Origin: Verrucomicrobiia bacterium
GTDB lineage: Bacteria > Omnitrophota > Omnitrophia > Omnitrophales > Aquincolibacteriaceae
Length of the DNA: 64,000 nt
Direction: 5' to 3'
Assembly: GCA_035495615.1 (NCBI GenBank)
Contig: DATJFP010000051.1
Location: 364 to 64,363 of the forward strand
Both the position numbers and the translations under genes were made by a program. Positions 47,128 through 57,900 of the stretch are shown here, in pieces (the first letter of the stretch is position 1; every line of letters begins with the position of its first letter). A model generated the notes under the pieces. It ran no database searches, was not told where the DNA came from, and saw nothing but the letters and a program-made list of their open reading frames with translations.

Positions 47128-48849
47128 TCAGATCGCCAGCATGCTTCCGGCCACGGCGGCGCCGCCGGAGATGAGCGCGGACGCGAACATCCACCACGCC
47201 GCGGCAGCGGCCGCGGAACGCGCGCGCTCGGCTTCTTCGATCACCGTCTGGCGCGCGTCTTCCAGTTTTTCCTTCACGGCCATCTCGAGCTCTTCCGCGC
47301 GCTGGATCGCGGTGCGCCGGGCTTCCTCAATTTTCGAGACGATTTTTTCCGCCTGCTCCGGGGAGATGTGCTCGTTCGACGAAAGAAGCGTGACCACGGA
47401 ATTGCGGTCATAGCGGGACAACCTGTCCCGCAGGATCTGGATCGAGCTTTTGGGGTCGTGCAGCATTTCCACGAGATCGGCCTTGATGTCCTCGTAATCG
47501 AATTCCGGTCTTTCCAGGGAATCCAGGAACGACGCGATTTTGGACTCGAAATGTTTCTTCGTCTCTTCCACGGACTGCGCGGCCTGCTGCCTGATGCTTT
47601 TGCCGCCATTGCCGCCGTTGCCCTGGAACGGTTCGGGCTCTTCCTCGATCTGATGGCGCAGCTCGCTCATCACGCTTTTGACGGTATTGACCGCTTTTTG
47701 CAGCTGCTCCCGGTCGATGTCGTGGCGCTCGGCGATCGCGGAGACCAGGTGCCCTTCATCGAGCGTCTTGAGGAAGTTCATCAGCACCTGCTTGGTGCTT
47801 TGCGGCTCGTGGATGATATGGTCGATATCCTGCTTGATCCGCTGCGGGTCCAGCTGTTCGAGCCGCGTGCTGCGCAGGTATTCCTCGATTTTGTGCTCAT
47901 ACTCCCGGGCTTTTTCCGCGGTCCCGGGGGCCAGGCTCTCAAATGCGGCATAAACTTTTCCCTGTGCCGACGGCTGTTCCGCGGCCGCGCGGCGTGCCTC
48001 GTCAAAGGCGCGCGTTATTTTTTTTACGCTTTCCTTGCTCAGGTGCGGTTTTTTCTCGGCGAGGTGGACGACGAACTGGCGCTGGGCGTCCTGATCCGGC
48101 TCGCGGAGCTCCTTGATCTCCACGCCTTCCAGGATTTTCGAAAATTCATGGCGCAGCTTGTCCGGGTCGAGTGAGGGCAGCTCCAGCTTTTTCAGGTACT
48201 TGTTCAGCTTTTTTTCGAAACCCTGGGTGTCGAAGTCCTGGAAAAGTTCTTCGCGGATGGCGGAAGCGCTCTTGCGGGCCGCGTCTTCAATGCGCGATTC
48301 CGGTTTCGGCGCGAGCGCGCCGAAAGCCGAGCGGAAAGCGGAACCCGCGGCGTGCGTGAGCCCGCCGACCATGGCCGAAGCCGAGCGCACTTCAAGCCAG
48401 GCCATGAGCATGTAAAAGCCGGCCCAGATGACGAGGCCGAGCGCGATGCTGATGCTCTGCACGGGCATGAGGCTGAGTTTCACGGCCAGCCAGCTGGCGA
48501 AAAAAAGCGAGATGCTCGCGGTCACGACCGACCAGAGGCCGAAGCCCGCGGTGATGCGCTGGCTGAGAGGCTTCGAGTTCTTCAGTTTTTCCCGGCCTTT
48601 GGGAGGCCGGTTCATTTTTTCACGGAGGTCGCCGGCCGCGGTGATGCCGAGCGCGAGCGAGAGATTCGTGAACAGGGCCTGGAAGCCGAAAGCAAGCAGC
48701 ACGCCGGCAAGTACCGTCATGAAAAAACTGCCCGATCCCGGGAAAAAGAAGGCCATTTCTTTGGGAGACGCTTCCTGCGCATGAGCAAGCGCAGGCATCA
48801 GAAGACAAAACGAAAACACAAGCAGGGATCGAGTGAAGATTTTTTTCAT
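47128..48849 (-). CDS. Membrane protein with three internal ~90-aa helical repeats (hypothetical)
   Basis: GGAGGAA SD. Signal/TM at the N-terminus, about 5 TM helices, then three Lys/Glu-rich repeats (…LDPDKLRHEFSKILEG…, …LDPQRIKQDIDHIIHE…, …FDYEDIKADLVEMLHD…) and a C-terminal TM helix. Confidence 0.6.
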   Translation of the reverse strand: MKKIFTRSLLVFSFCLLMPALAHAQEASPKEMAFFFPGSGSFFMTVLAGVLLAFGFQALFTNLSLALGITAAGDLREKMNRPPKGREKLKNSKPLSQRITAGFGLWSVVTASISLFFASWLAVKLSLMPVQSISIALGLVIWAGFYMLMAWLEVRSASAMVGGLTHAAGSAFRSAFGALAPKPESRIEDAARKSASAIREELFQDFDTQGFEKKLNKYLKKLELPSLDPDKLRHEFSKILEGVEIKELREPDQDAQRQFVVHLAEKKPHLSKESVKKITRAFDEARRAAAEQPSAQGKVYAAFESLAPGTAEKAREYEHKIEEYLRSTRLEQLDPQRIKQDIDHIIHEPQSTKQVLMNFLKTLDEGHLVSAIAERHDIDREQLQKAVNTVKSVMSELRHQIEEEPEPFQGNGGNGGKSIRQQAAQSVEETKKHFESKIASFLDSLERPEFDYEDIKADLVEMLHDPKSSIQILRDRLSRYDRNSVVTLLSSNEHISPEQAEKIVSKIEEARRTAIQRAEELEMAVKEKLEDARQTVIEEAERARSAAAAAAWWMFASALISGGAAVAGSMLAI

Positions 48850-49193
48850 GGCGGTTTCCTCCGTTGGATAACGCCATCTTAAAGACGGCCGGCCGCCGCG
48901 GCTATAAGTCCAATGCGCAAAAACCCCTGCCGCGGGCGAGGATAAAAAAGAAGTTTTCGTAGGGCGGCGCTGTAGTCGGTTCCGGGGAAGCTTTTTGTAC
49001 GGCAATCCAGGGTTTTTCGCGGGCTTGGTTAGCCCACGAAAAAGCCAAGGAAACCGGCAGCGTTAGGCCGGTTTCCCGAAAGGCAAGCCCCTGAAAACAG
49101 TCCCTCTTTTTTCACGACAGGAAATCCTTCCTTTCTCCGATTTGAAAAAGCGTCCGGGCGTATTAGGGTGAAGGGGAATTTACGGGAGGGAAC

Positions 49194-49667
49194 ATGCACA
49201 CGCCTGCCACGTTCATGAAACATCCCATTCATCCGATGCTGATCGCGGTGCCGCTGGGGATGTGGAGTTTCTCCGTCGTCTGCGACATCCTGTTCCGTTT
49301 CAGCAATTTCGGCTGGGCCTGGCATACGGCGCTCGTCACGATGATCGCGGGCCTTATCGGCGCGTTCATTGCCGCGGTCCCCGGGCTCGTGGATTACGTT
49401 TTCATCCGCAAGAGAAACGGGAGGGCCGCCAAAATCGGCGCCTACCACCTGGTCATGAACCTCATCGTCATGGCGCTCTACGGCGTGAACATCGTCCTGC
49501 GCCTGCGCGCCGATTATTCGCCGCTTCCGTTTTATCTTTCCCTCGGCGCCTTTGTTTTTCTCATCATCTCCGCCTGGCTGGGCGGGGAAATGGTTTACGT
49601 CGAACGGGTTTCCGTGGAAGAGCGCGACGAAGACGAAGGGGAAGTGGAGCTCCACAAGGTCGCCTGA
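49194..49667 (+). CDS. DUF2231-like membrane protein
   Basis: MKHPIHPMLIAVPLGMW N-terminal signature. Four TM helices. GGGAGGG SD. Confidence 0.55.
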   Translation: MHTPATFMKHPIHPMLIAVPLGMWSFSVVCDILFRFSNFGWAWHTALVTMIAGLIGAFIAAVPGLVDYVFIRKRNGRAAKIGAYHLVMNLIVMALYGVNIVLRLRADYSPLPFYLSLGAFVFLIISAWLGGEMVYVERVSVEERDEDEGEVELHKVA

Positions 49668-49733
49668 CCGTCCGGCCCGGAACTTGCGGGCGGCTTTATC
49701 CCGCGCTAAACTACCTCATCCACAGGACCCGGC

Positions 49734-50045
49734 ATGATGCTTCCCAGGAATGTTTTCAAAACCCTCGTTTTCGTTTTGTGCTGCTTCGCGTGCATCGCGC
49801 CAGGCTTTGCGCGCGCCGAAGTCGTGCGCCTGAAAGACGGCACCGTGATCGCGGGCCACACCGCCGCTAAAAGCGCCGTGTCGTTTTATTTCGTTCCCGA
49901 CGATGAAACGCAGAAACCGCGCTGGATTTCTCTCGCCGACGTGGAAAGCCTCCAGCTCGATGCAGTTCCGGTCTCGGTTTTAAACAAACGGCGCGAAGCC
50001 GCCGAAGCGAATCAAAAGTCTCCGCACGCACCGCCTTCCGTTTAA
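49734..50045 (+). CDS. Small secreted hypothetical protein
   Basis: Signal peptide (LVFVLCCFACIAPGFARA). 103 aa. Confidence 0.45.
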   Translation: MMLPRNVFKTLVFVLCCFACIAPGFARAEVVRLKDGTVIAGHTAAKSAVSFYFVPDDETQKPRWISLADVESLQLDAVPVSVLNKRREAAEANQKSPHAPPSV

Positions 50046-50088
50046 CCGCCGGATTTTTCCGTCCTATAACGCCTTTCCTCAATGCCTG

Positions 50089-50113
50089 TGATAGCTATGT
50101 TATTCTGCTATCA
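50089..50113. promoter_or_regulatory. Palindrome TGATAGC-N11-GCTATCA in an AT-rich promoter island
   Basis: Perfect 7-bp inverted arms inside a ~170 nt AT-rich stretch (50050..50220) upstream of the 50223 gene. Confidence 0.35.
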
Positions 50114-50222
50114 ACTTGTTGATTTTTTAATCATTCAATAACTTGTCTTTTCATAGGCGTGACTTTATCCTTGGAACGAACCTCTGTTTTGATTTTTAAA
50201 AATCCCGGACGAGGAGAACTCT

Positions 50223-51959
50223 ATGTTTCGAACCCCTTTCTTTAAAATGACCTCTTTGATCGCGGCGGTGGCCTGCATGACCACCGGAATGCCGGCGGCT
50301 CACGCCGACTATGTTCCCATCGGGGTCAACGACCAGCAGCCCGTGGCCACGACTTCCGCGTACGCGCAGCCGCAAAGTCCGACGGCGCCCGCGGCCTCGC
50401 CTTCGATTTCCGCGGCACGGCAAACGACGGACGAGTTCCAGATCGATGACGGAGGCATCGCCGCGCCCTCCGCGAATGCGCCCACGGCGGCGCCGTCTCT
50501 GGCGGAATCCCTTCCGGCTCCGGGCATCACCGAAAGCATGCCCACGGATGACGCCGTTCAAGAGCCGGTGATGCCGCAAAGCCTCTCCGAGACGACGCCG
50601 GCCGAAACGCTGGAAGAAGAACAGCCTGACTCCATGAGTGTCGAAGCTCCGGACGAGGGAAGCCTCAGCGTGGAGACGCTTACCGATGCTTCGGAGACGG
50701 AACAGATTTCTTACGTCAGCACGTCGTCCGAGCCTCAGATCGACGACCAGGAAATTTATGACGAAACCCGCATGCTGGTGGAATTCTCGAATGACCCTGA
50801 AGCTTATCTGGAGCTCCATCCCGAAGCCGGGCTTCCCGCGGAAATGTTCCAGATTTCTTACATGGAAGAAAAGGGCGAAGAAAAGCCCCGCGCCCGGAGT
50901 TTCGGCACGGCCCTCGACGCGGCCATGCAAGGCGAAAACCCGATTCTCGAGCGCACGGTGGTCGAAGGCCTGTTCCGGATCCTGGACCGGGAAGCTTTCT
51001 GGCCCCGCATACGGCAGGTCATTCCGTCAAATTATCTCGCGGATGTGGGCATTGCCAACCTGAGGGCCGACCGTTACGCGTCGCTGGATGCGCTGCTTGC
51101 CGACATTGCCACGAATCTCGCGGCCGCGCGCAAGGCCGCTGGAAACGCGGAACAGAGAAACGCGGTCGCGGCCAAAGAGCTGATCGTCGCGCAGTTCCTC
51201 ACACAGGAAGTCATTTACCGCACTTTCCATTATGATGCGGGCCGCGAACAGCCGGCCGAAGGGCAGAACCCTGCTCGCGAAACCCGGCTGTGCATGAACT
51301 GCGTGGGTGCGACGCTGGTCAGCAATGTCCTCGGGCTGCGCTCGGGATTGACGATGGGCGGCATCAGCGTGAGACAGAGCGCTGCCGCTGCGAATGGCCA
51401 CGCCTCGTCCGTCATCCGCATGACCAACGGCGATCTCTACATCATGGACCAGACCTCGCTCAAGAAGGTGACCTCAGATGAGCTCAACAGCAGGAAGGGG
51501 GATTTGGAGATCACGACGGAATTTACCGTCCGCATGGGCGAGCGGACGACTGCGCGTGTGACCACGCGCGCGCCCAATTATTACCGGCCGTCCATGCAGG
51601 TGCGCATCGACGATGACGGCCTCGGCGGGCTCAGGATGCGGGCCGCATATCACCGCATGGGCACCAGCATGACTGAATCCAACGAAGCCATCGCGGCTTT
51701 CAATCAGTTCGTCCCGATTTATAATGCGAACAACAACGACCCGGCGCGGCTTCCTCCCATCCGGCGGGCGCTCGAGAAAGCCCGGGCATCGCTGGCGCAC
51801 GTCACGTACCTCGAAGGGCTGGGGATCGGCGGGACCTTCGTCACCCGGGTCCGCAAACGCACGGCCCGCGCGGACGACCCGCCGGAGTTCTACACGCTGG
51901 CGGAATGGAAGGCCCAGCTGGAAGCGCAGATCAAGCGGTACGAACCTCTGGCCCGTTAG
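50223..51959 (+). CDS. Secreted protein with a Pro/Ala/Glu-rich N-terminal region and a possible transglutaminase-like Cys-His-Asp core (hypothetical)
   Basis: Signal peptide. Low-complexity acidic region. RLCMNCVGATLV ... GHASSVIRMTNGDLYIMD is compatible with a Cys-His-Asp papain-like triad. This call is weak. Confidence 0.45.
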   Translation: MFRTPFFKMTSLIAAVACMTTGMPAAHADYVPIGVNDQQPVATTSAYAQPQSPTAPAASPSISAARQTTDEFQIDDGGIAAPSANAPTAAPSLAESLPAPGITESMPTDDAVQEPVMPQSLSETTPAETLEEEQPDSMSVEAPDEGSLSVETLTDASETEQISYVSTSSEPQIDDQEIYDETRMLVEFSNDPEAYLELHPEAGLPAEMFQISYMEEKGEEKPRARSFGTALDAAMQGENPILERTVVEGLFRILDREAFWPRIRQVIPSNYLADVGIANLRADRYASLDALLADIATNLAAARKAAGNAEQRNAVAAKELIVAQFLTQEVIYRTFHYDAGREQPAEGQNPARETRLCMNCVGATLVSNVLGLRSGLTMGGISVRQSAAAANGHASSVIRMTNGDLYIMDQTSLKKVTSDELNSRKGDLEITTEFTVRMGERTTARVTTRAPNYYRPSMQVRIDDDGLGGLRMRAAYHRMGTSMTESNEAIAAFNQFVPIYNANNNDPARLPPIRRALEKARASLAHVTYLEGLGIGGTFVTRVRKRTARADDPPEFYTLAEWKAQLEAQIKRYEPLAR

Positions 51960-52450
51960 GAAAGGCCGAGCTCTTTCTTGTAGGCCTCGGTGATTTCGCG
52001 AGCGGTTTCTTCGGAAAGGGTGAAGGAGCCTGCCTCACCGCGGGGTTTTTTCTTCGCGGCTTTTCCCTGCCTCTGGCGTTCGAATGCCTCGACGCTCACG
52101 ACGTTCGCCTTGTAAGCGCGCGCGTGATTGCGCACGAAGTTGTCGTCTGAAACCACCCACGCCAGGGCCCGGTCGGGCATGCGCTCCAGCACTTCCACGA
52201 TCTTGTCGTCCGCGTCCTGCCCGGTTTCGGAAAAAACCGTCCTGATTTTCGGCCGTTTCATCTGCGGGAGGCCGTCGAATTCCGATTTTCCGTCGAAGAC
52301 CAGCACGATTTGGGCGATGTCGCCGCGCGCGCACGCGAACAGGCTGCAGGCTTCCGCGAGCGCTTCGCGGGCCGAGCGCAGATTTTTGTCCAGGAAGTCC
52401 GAAAAGCGCGTTTTGTGGATCACATTGTAGGCGTCGAGGATGAAAATCAT
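51956..52450 (-). CDS. NYN domain protein (YacP-like ribonuclease)
   Basis: MIFILDAYNVIH N-terminus and VLVFDG/VVSDD acidic motifs of NYN/PIN-like nucleases. A GTG at 52465 is an alternative start. Confidence 0.6.
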   Translation of the reverse strand: MIFILDAYNVIHKTRFSDFLDKNLRSAREALAEACSLFACARGDIAQIVLVFDGKSEFDGLPQMKRPKIRTVFSETGQDADDKIVEVLERMPDRALAWVVSDDNFVRNHARAYKANVVSVEAFERQRQGKAAKKKPRGEAGSFTLSEETAREITEAYKKELGLS

Positions 52451-52585
52451 GCGCGATTCTACCACGCGCGCGCGCCGCGGAGCGCCGTAAAAAATTTATT
52501 TCCCCGCGCCCTGGGTTTCCCGTTTCGCGTGTGTTACCTTTGCAGCATCGAAGGATCGTGCGTCCTTCCGATGAAGGAGGCGAGT

Positions 52586-52825
52586 ATGGCAGAAGGCGAG
52601 ATCACTGCGGAACAGCTTGCCGAACAGGAAGACCAGCGGCGCCGGCGCCAGGCCCTGGCACAAGGCGGCGGCACCCAGAGCATGAAGGAATTGAAAAACC
52701 GCAAAGAAAAGAACGACAAGAAGCAAAATCAAGGTTACGCCCTCATGATGGTGCTGGGATTTTTTATCATGGTAGCCACTTTGGGAGGCATGGCCGCCCT
52801 GATTCTCTCTCTCAAGCACAGCTGA
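52586..52825 (+). CDS. Small C-terminally membrane-anchored protein (hypothetical)
   Basis: GAAGGAGG SD 5 nt upstream. Charged N-terminus, single C-terminal TM helix. Confidence 0.4.
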   Translation: MAEGEITAEQLAEQEDQRRRRQALAQGGGTQSMKELKNRKEKNDKKQNQGYALMMVLGFFIMVATLGGMAALILSLKHS

Positions 52826-53078
52826 TCAAGAATGAAGTTGTTTTTCCAGGGATCATCCGTAAAATACCCGGGATCAAAGCCCGGCTCTTCCGGCCTGCTT
52901 CTTAGTGACGCATCCTGTGCGGCCGGGGAGCCCGGGCACATAACAGGGTCCCGGGGTATTCTGCGGATGATCCCGTTCCTCTCGATCCCCCTTTAAACTT
53001 CTTTTCTCCGAACCCCGAATCAGTTCCGCTCCGATGCGGCGGCACAGCGGGTTTACGTAAAATTTACCAACAACGCTC

Positions 53079-53147
53079 TTGCGCGGCGCCTGGAAAACCG
53101 TTACAATTTGGCGATTAGTTCAAAGATTTAACTATTAGGTGTTCTAA
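53079..53147 (+). promoter_or_regulatory. Promoter (TTGCGC-17-TACAAT) with downstream inverted repeats TAGTT-N9-AACTA and TTAG-N5-CTAA. Candidate MarR operator.
   Basis: The palindromes overlap the +1/5' UTR of the marR-like gene, the classic autorepression layout. Confidence 0.4.
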
Positions 53148-53151
53148 CTTT

Positions 53152-53607
53152 ATGCCTGAAACCCTGCAAAATTTTACGGCGACGTTCCGCAGCATCCAGC
53201 CGAAGTTTTCCCGGATGTTCACGCGCATTCTGAACCGCGCGGGCCTGACGCTGCCGCAGTATGCGCTCCTGACCGAGCTCGGCCACGCGACGCGCGCCAT
53301 GACCATGACCGAGATCAGCCGCAAGCTCTACATCACGAAGCCCGCCGTGACCAGCCTGGTCGACCGCCTGGAAAAGGGCGGGTACCTGCGCCGGGCCGCG
53401 CATCCGGATGACCGCCGGATTTTCCTGCTGGAAATCCTCGCCAAGGGGCGCAAGACCGTCGACTGCGTGCAGGGAATATTCCTCAACATGCTCCTGGCCA
53501 CCCTGAAAAATTTCAGCGCCTCCGACCGGAAGATCATCGAGAAATTTTACGCGCATTTTTCGATCACGATCGACGACACGCTTTGCAGCAAGGAGTGCCG
53601 TTCGTGA
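53152..53607 (+). CDS. MarR family transcriptional regulator
   Basis: wHTH LTLPQYALLTELGHATRAMTMTEISRKLYITKPAVTSLVDRLEKGGYLRR...DRR. Confidence 0.85.
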   Translation: MPETLQNFTATFRSIQPKFSRMFTRILNRAGLTLPQYALLTELGHATRAMTMTEISRKLYITKPAVTSLVDRLEKGGYLRRAAHPDDRRIFLLEILAKGRKTVDCVQGIFLNMLLATLKNFSASDRKIIEKFYAHFSITIDDTLCSKECRS

Positions 53608-54971
53608 AGAAAAGCCTTCCGGTTCTCATTCTTGTCTTGGGATTGTTTCCCGCTTCGGCCTGGGCCATGGCGCGAAAACCCCCGATGCCGGCCGAGGTGC
53701 TTCCGGCGGAAGCCTCGCCTCCGGTTTCGTTTGACCTGTGGAAATGCTACGAGATGGCGCTGAACCGCAGCGAGACCGTCGGCATCCAGAAACTGGAAGT
53801 CGCGCGTGCGCGCGCCGCTGTTCTGAAAGCGACCGGAGAAGCGATCGGCGACGTGGATTTCGTGATGACGGATTTGTGGCAGGAGCCCCAGGGCGGCGGC
53901 GGAGGGGAAGGATCTTCGGTCGGTTCCACGCTGTCCAAGCCGCAGCGCCGTGAAAACCGTTTTGAATACAGCCAGCCGCTCTTCCAGGGCGGCCGCTCGC
54001 TCGGCGCGCTGACCGGCGCCGGCAGCCTGAAGAAGCAGCGCATCGGCGAATGGCAGCGCTCCAAACAGGTGCTTTTCATGGACACGGTCAATGCTTTCTA
54101 CGATTACCTGAAACTGAGCCGCGACATCGAGATTATCAGCGGCATTCTCAAACTTTATGGGGACCGGGTGTCGGACTTGAAGGAGTGGGAAAAAATCGGC
54201 CGTTCCCGCGCCAGCGAATCCGCCACCGCGCGTTCGCAGCTGGAAATTTTTCAGGCGGATCTCGCGGACACGAAGGGTGATCTTGCCGTGGCCCGCGACA
54301 CGCTTGCGTATTTGACCGGGGTTGCCGTGGAACCTTCGGAGCTGCAGGATGAGAAGGAGCTGATCAAACCCGGGGAAGAGGACTGGGACCTGTTCGAAGT
54401 CGCGCATCAGCGCCCCGACGTGGAGGCCGCGCGGCAGGCCGTGACGACCGCGCGCGGCGCGCTCATCGTGGCCCAGAGCGAATTCTGGCCGGACATGACG
54501 CTCGACGTGAATCACTACGAGCACCGCGAAGGATTTCAATCCGGCATCACGTGGGACGCGCTCGTCACGCTGCGTGTGCCGCTGGGCAAAGGCGGGACGA
54601 CCTTCGGCGACGTGCTGGACAACGTGAGCAGGTGGAAACAGGCCAAGCTCGTTTATTCGCAGACCGAACGGCAGGCGCAGCGGGAGATCCAGGACGCGAA
54701 CGCGGAGCTGAAGAGCGCCATGGAGCGCTACGGCGCGCTCGACAAGGCCGTGCATTCAGCCCAGGAAAATTTCGATCTGCAGAAGGACGAGTATCAGAAG
54801 CGGCTCGTGACGAACATCGATGTTCTTTCGGCGCTGCAGACCCTTTTCGAAACCCAGCGCGACGCGAACGAAGCTTACTATGACGCGAAGAAAAATTACT
54901 GGAAACTGGAAGTCGCCAAGGGCGAGCTGACCGACACGCCGCATCCGGCGGTTCCCGGAGGCACGGCGTGA
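53604..54971 (+). CDS. TolC family outer membrane efflux protein
   Basis: GTG start preceded by an AAGGAG SD. Signal peptide. Two repeated coiled-coil/beta halves typical of OEP. Overlaps the MarR stop (GTGA). Confidence 0.75.
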   Translation: MKKSLPVLILVLGLFPASAWAMARKPPMPAEVLPAEASPPVSFDLWKCYEMALNRSETVGIQKLEVARARAAVLKATGEAIGDVDFVMTDLWQEPQGGGGGEGSSVGSTLSKPQRRENRFEYSQPLFQGGRSLGALTGAGSLKKQRIGEWQRSKQVLFMDTVNAFYDYLKLSRDIEIISGILKLYGDRVSDLKEWEKIGRSRASESATARSQLEIFQADLADTKGDLAVARDTLAYLTGVAVEPSELQDEKELIKPGEEDWDLFEVAHQRPDVEAARQAVTTARGALIVAQSEFWPDMTLDVNHYEHREGFQSGITWDALVTLRVPLGKGGTTFGDVLDNVSRWKQAKLVYSQTERQAQREIQDANAELKSAMERYGALDKAVHSAQENFDLQKDEYQKRLVTNIDVLSALQTLFETQRDANEAYYDAKKNYWKLEVAKGELTDTPHPAVPGGTA

Positions 54972-57900
54972 CGCTTTCCGATTATTCGATCAAAAATCCC
55001 GTGTTTGCGTGGGTGCTCATGGCCGGCATCCTGGTGTTCGGCTGGGTGGGCTACAAGCGCCTGGGCGTGAGCCAGCTTCCGGACGTGGATTTTCCCGTGG
55101 TAACTGTCTCGGTGACGTGGGAAGGCGCCGCGCCCGAAGTCATGGAGACCGAAGTGACCGACGTGATCGAAGACGCGGTCATGAGCGTGGAAGGCATCAA
55201 GGAAGTGACGTCCAATTCCCAGCAGGGCCAGGCCTCCATCACGATCGAGCTGAACCTGAACCGCGACATCGACGCCGCGCTGCAGGACGTGCAGACGAAG
55301 ATCGCGCAGGCGCAGCTCAACCTGCCCCGCGACATCGACCCGCCGATCGTGACGAAAACCAATCCCGAAGACCAGCCCATCATGTGGCTCGCGCTTTCCG
55401 GCGACAGGCCGTTCAAAGACCTTGTGCATTACGTGAGCGAGACGCTGAAAGACCAGTTCACGACCGTTTCCGGCGTGGGCGACATCCGGCTCGGCGGCTA
55501 CGTGGACCCGAACCTTCGCGTCTGGCTGGACGCGGCGAAGATGCGCGAAAAAGAATTGACCGTCGAAGACGTGCTGAACGCGATCACCACCCAGCACTCG
55601 GACCTGCCCGCCGGCTACATCGACACCGGCCATAAGGAGATCAACGTCCGCGTCTACGGCGAGGCCGCGACGGCCGAGGCGTTCTCAAATCTCATCATTC
55701 CCAGCCGCGTACGCGGAGGGCCCGTGTGGACAGACCTGCACATCGGCGACATCGGCAAGGTGGAAGACGGGCTCGCGGACGAACGGCGCATCTCGCGCAC
55801 CGGCGGCAAGCGCGCGATCGGCATCGGCATCATCAAGCAGCGCGGCACGAACGCCGTGTCCGTCGCCGAGGCCGTGAAGAAAAAGGCGGAAGCCCTGAAA
55901 CCCATGCTTCCGGACGGCATGCAGCTGACCGTCGTCTTCGACGCCACCAAGTTCATCGAACAGTCCGTGCATTCGCTCACGATGAACCTGGTTCTCGCGG
56001 CGCTGCTCACGTCGATCGTCTGCTATGTATTCCTGGGCAGCTTCAGCGCGACCTTTAACGTGCTGCTCTCGATCCCCGTGTCCATCATGGGCGCGTTCAT
56101 CATCATCTACTTCCTGGGTTTCACGATCAACACGTTCACCATGCTGGGGCTGACGCTCGTCATCGGCATCGTGGTCGACGACGCCATCATGGTGCTCGAA
56201 AACATTTCCCGCTATCACGAACAGGGCCTCGAGCGAAAGGAAGCGGCCATCATCGGCGCCCGGCAGATCACGTTCGCGGCGCTGGCCGCGTCCATCGCCA
56301 TTCTTGCGATTTTCGTCCCGGTCATTTTCATGCAGGGCGTCATCGGAAAGTTTTTCTTCCAGTTCGGCATCACGATTTCCGTCGCCGTGCTGTTTTCACT
56401 CCTGGAAGCGCTCACCATCGCGCCCATGCGCTGCTCGCAGTTTCTGACCGTGGGCCATTCGACGCGGCTGGGCAAATTCATGGACGACCGCATGCACGCG
56501 CTCTCGCGCCGCTATGAGCAGGCCCTGCGTTTTTGCCTCGATCACCGCAAGAAGGTCCTGGCGGTTTCTTTGGGGGTCTTCATCCTGTCGTTCCAGCTCA
56601 CCAAGGGCATCAAAAAAGAATTCGTCCCGTCGCAGGACCAGAGCCGCTTTCTCGTCCGCCTCGTCCTGCCGCTCGGGACGTCCATCGAAGAGACGGACGC
56701 GCTCTTCAAAAAAGCCGAGGCGTTTTTGATGACGCAGCCCGCGCTCAATAAATATTACAGCGCCATCGGCGGGTTCACCGGCGGCCAGGTGAATACGGGC
56801 ATGCTGTTCGTCACCATGAAAGACAAGAAGGACCGGCCCAAGGTGAACGGCCATCCCATGACGCAGCAGGAATTCATGGGTGTCGTGCGCAAAGAGTTCA
56901 GCGGCCTGCCGAACGTCGAGCGCGCCATCATCCAGGACCTGTCGCAGTCGGGCTTCACGGCCCAGCGCGGTTTTCCCGTGGAATTCACGCTGCGCGGCCC
57001 GGATTGGACAAAGCTCGCGGATTACGGCAAGCAGATCATGGACAAGATGAAAGAGTCAGGCCTGATGACCGACATCGACACCGACTATCAGCTCGGCATG
57101 CCGGAGCTGCGCGTCCTTCCGGACCGCACGAAGGCGTCCCAGCAGGGCGTGAGCGTTTCTTCCATCGCCACCACGATCAACGCCATGATCGGCGGCGTGC
57201 GCAACGGCAAATTCACCAACAACGGCAAGCGCTACGACATCCGCGTGCGCCTGAACCAGGCCGACCGCGCGAGCCCCGACGACGTGAAAGGCATCTGGGT
57301 CCGCAACCAGTACGGCGAGGTCGTGCCGCTCTCCGACGTCGTGACTTCGAACATCGAGCCGTCTCTTTTTTCCATCACCCGCAAAAACCGCGAGCGCGCG
57401 ATCAGCATTTTCGCCAACCCCGCTGCCGGCCATTCGCAGCAGGAAGCCATCGACTACGTGCGCACGATGTCGGACAAAGTCCTGGAAGGCGAATACCACG
57501 CGGTTTTCTCCGGCGGTTCGCAGGCTTTTGCCGAATCGTTCAAGAGCCTTGTCTTCGCGCTGCTCATGGGCATCTTCGTGGCCTACATGGTGCTCGCCAC
57601 GCAATTCGGCAGCTTCATCCACCCGTTCACGGTGCTGCTCGCGCTGCCGTTCAGCGTGACCGGCGCTTTTGCCGCGCTTTTCATCAGCCGCAATTCCATG
57701 AACCTGTACAGCATGATCGGGCTCATCCTGCTCATGGGCATCGTGAAAAAGAATTCCATCCTGCTCGTGGATTTCACCAACGAGCAGCGCCATCAGGGCA
57801 AGGCGCCGCGCGAGGCGCTCCTCGAAGCCTGCCCGGTGCGCCTGCGCCCGATCCTTATGACGTCCATCGCGACGGTCGCCGCGGCCATTCCCGAAGCGCT

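Noticed and set aside
45482-48174. Plus-strand ORFs 45482-47413 (643 aa) and 47071-48174 (367 aa)
   Set aside because: Antisense to the SDR oxidoreductase and the repeat-containing membrane protein. Arg-rich, no motifs.
53547-54755. 402-aa minus-strand ORF antisense to TolC. Also 60392-61942 (-), 61912-63006 (-) and 58140-59258 (-).
   Set aside because: Antisense shadows of TolC, AlsS, ALDH and ADH respectively.
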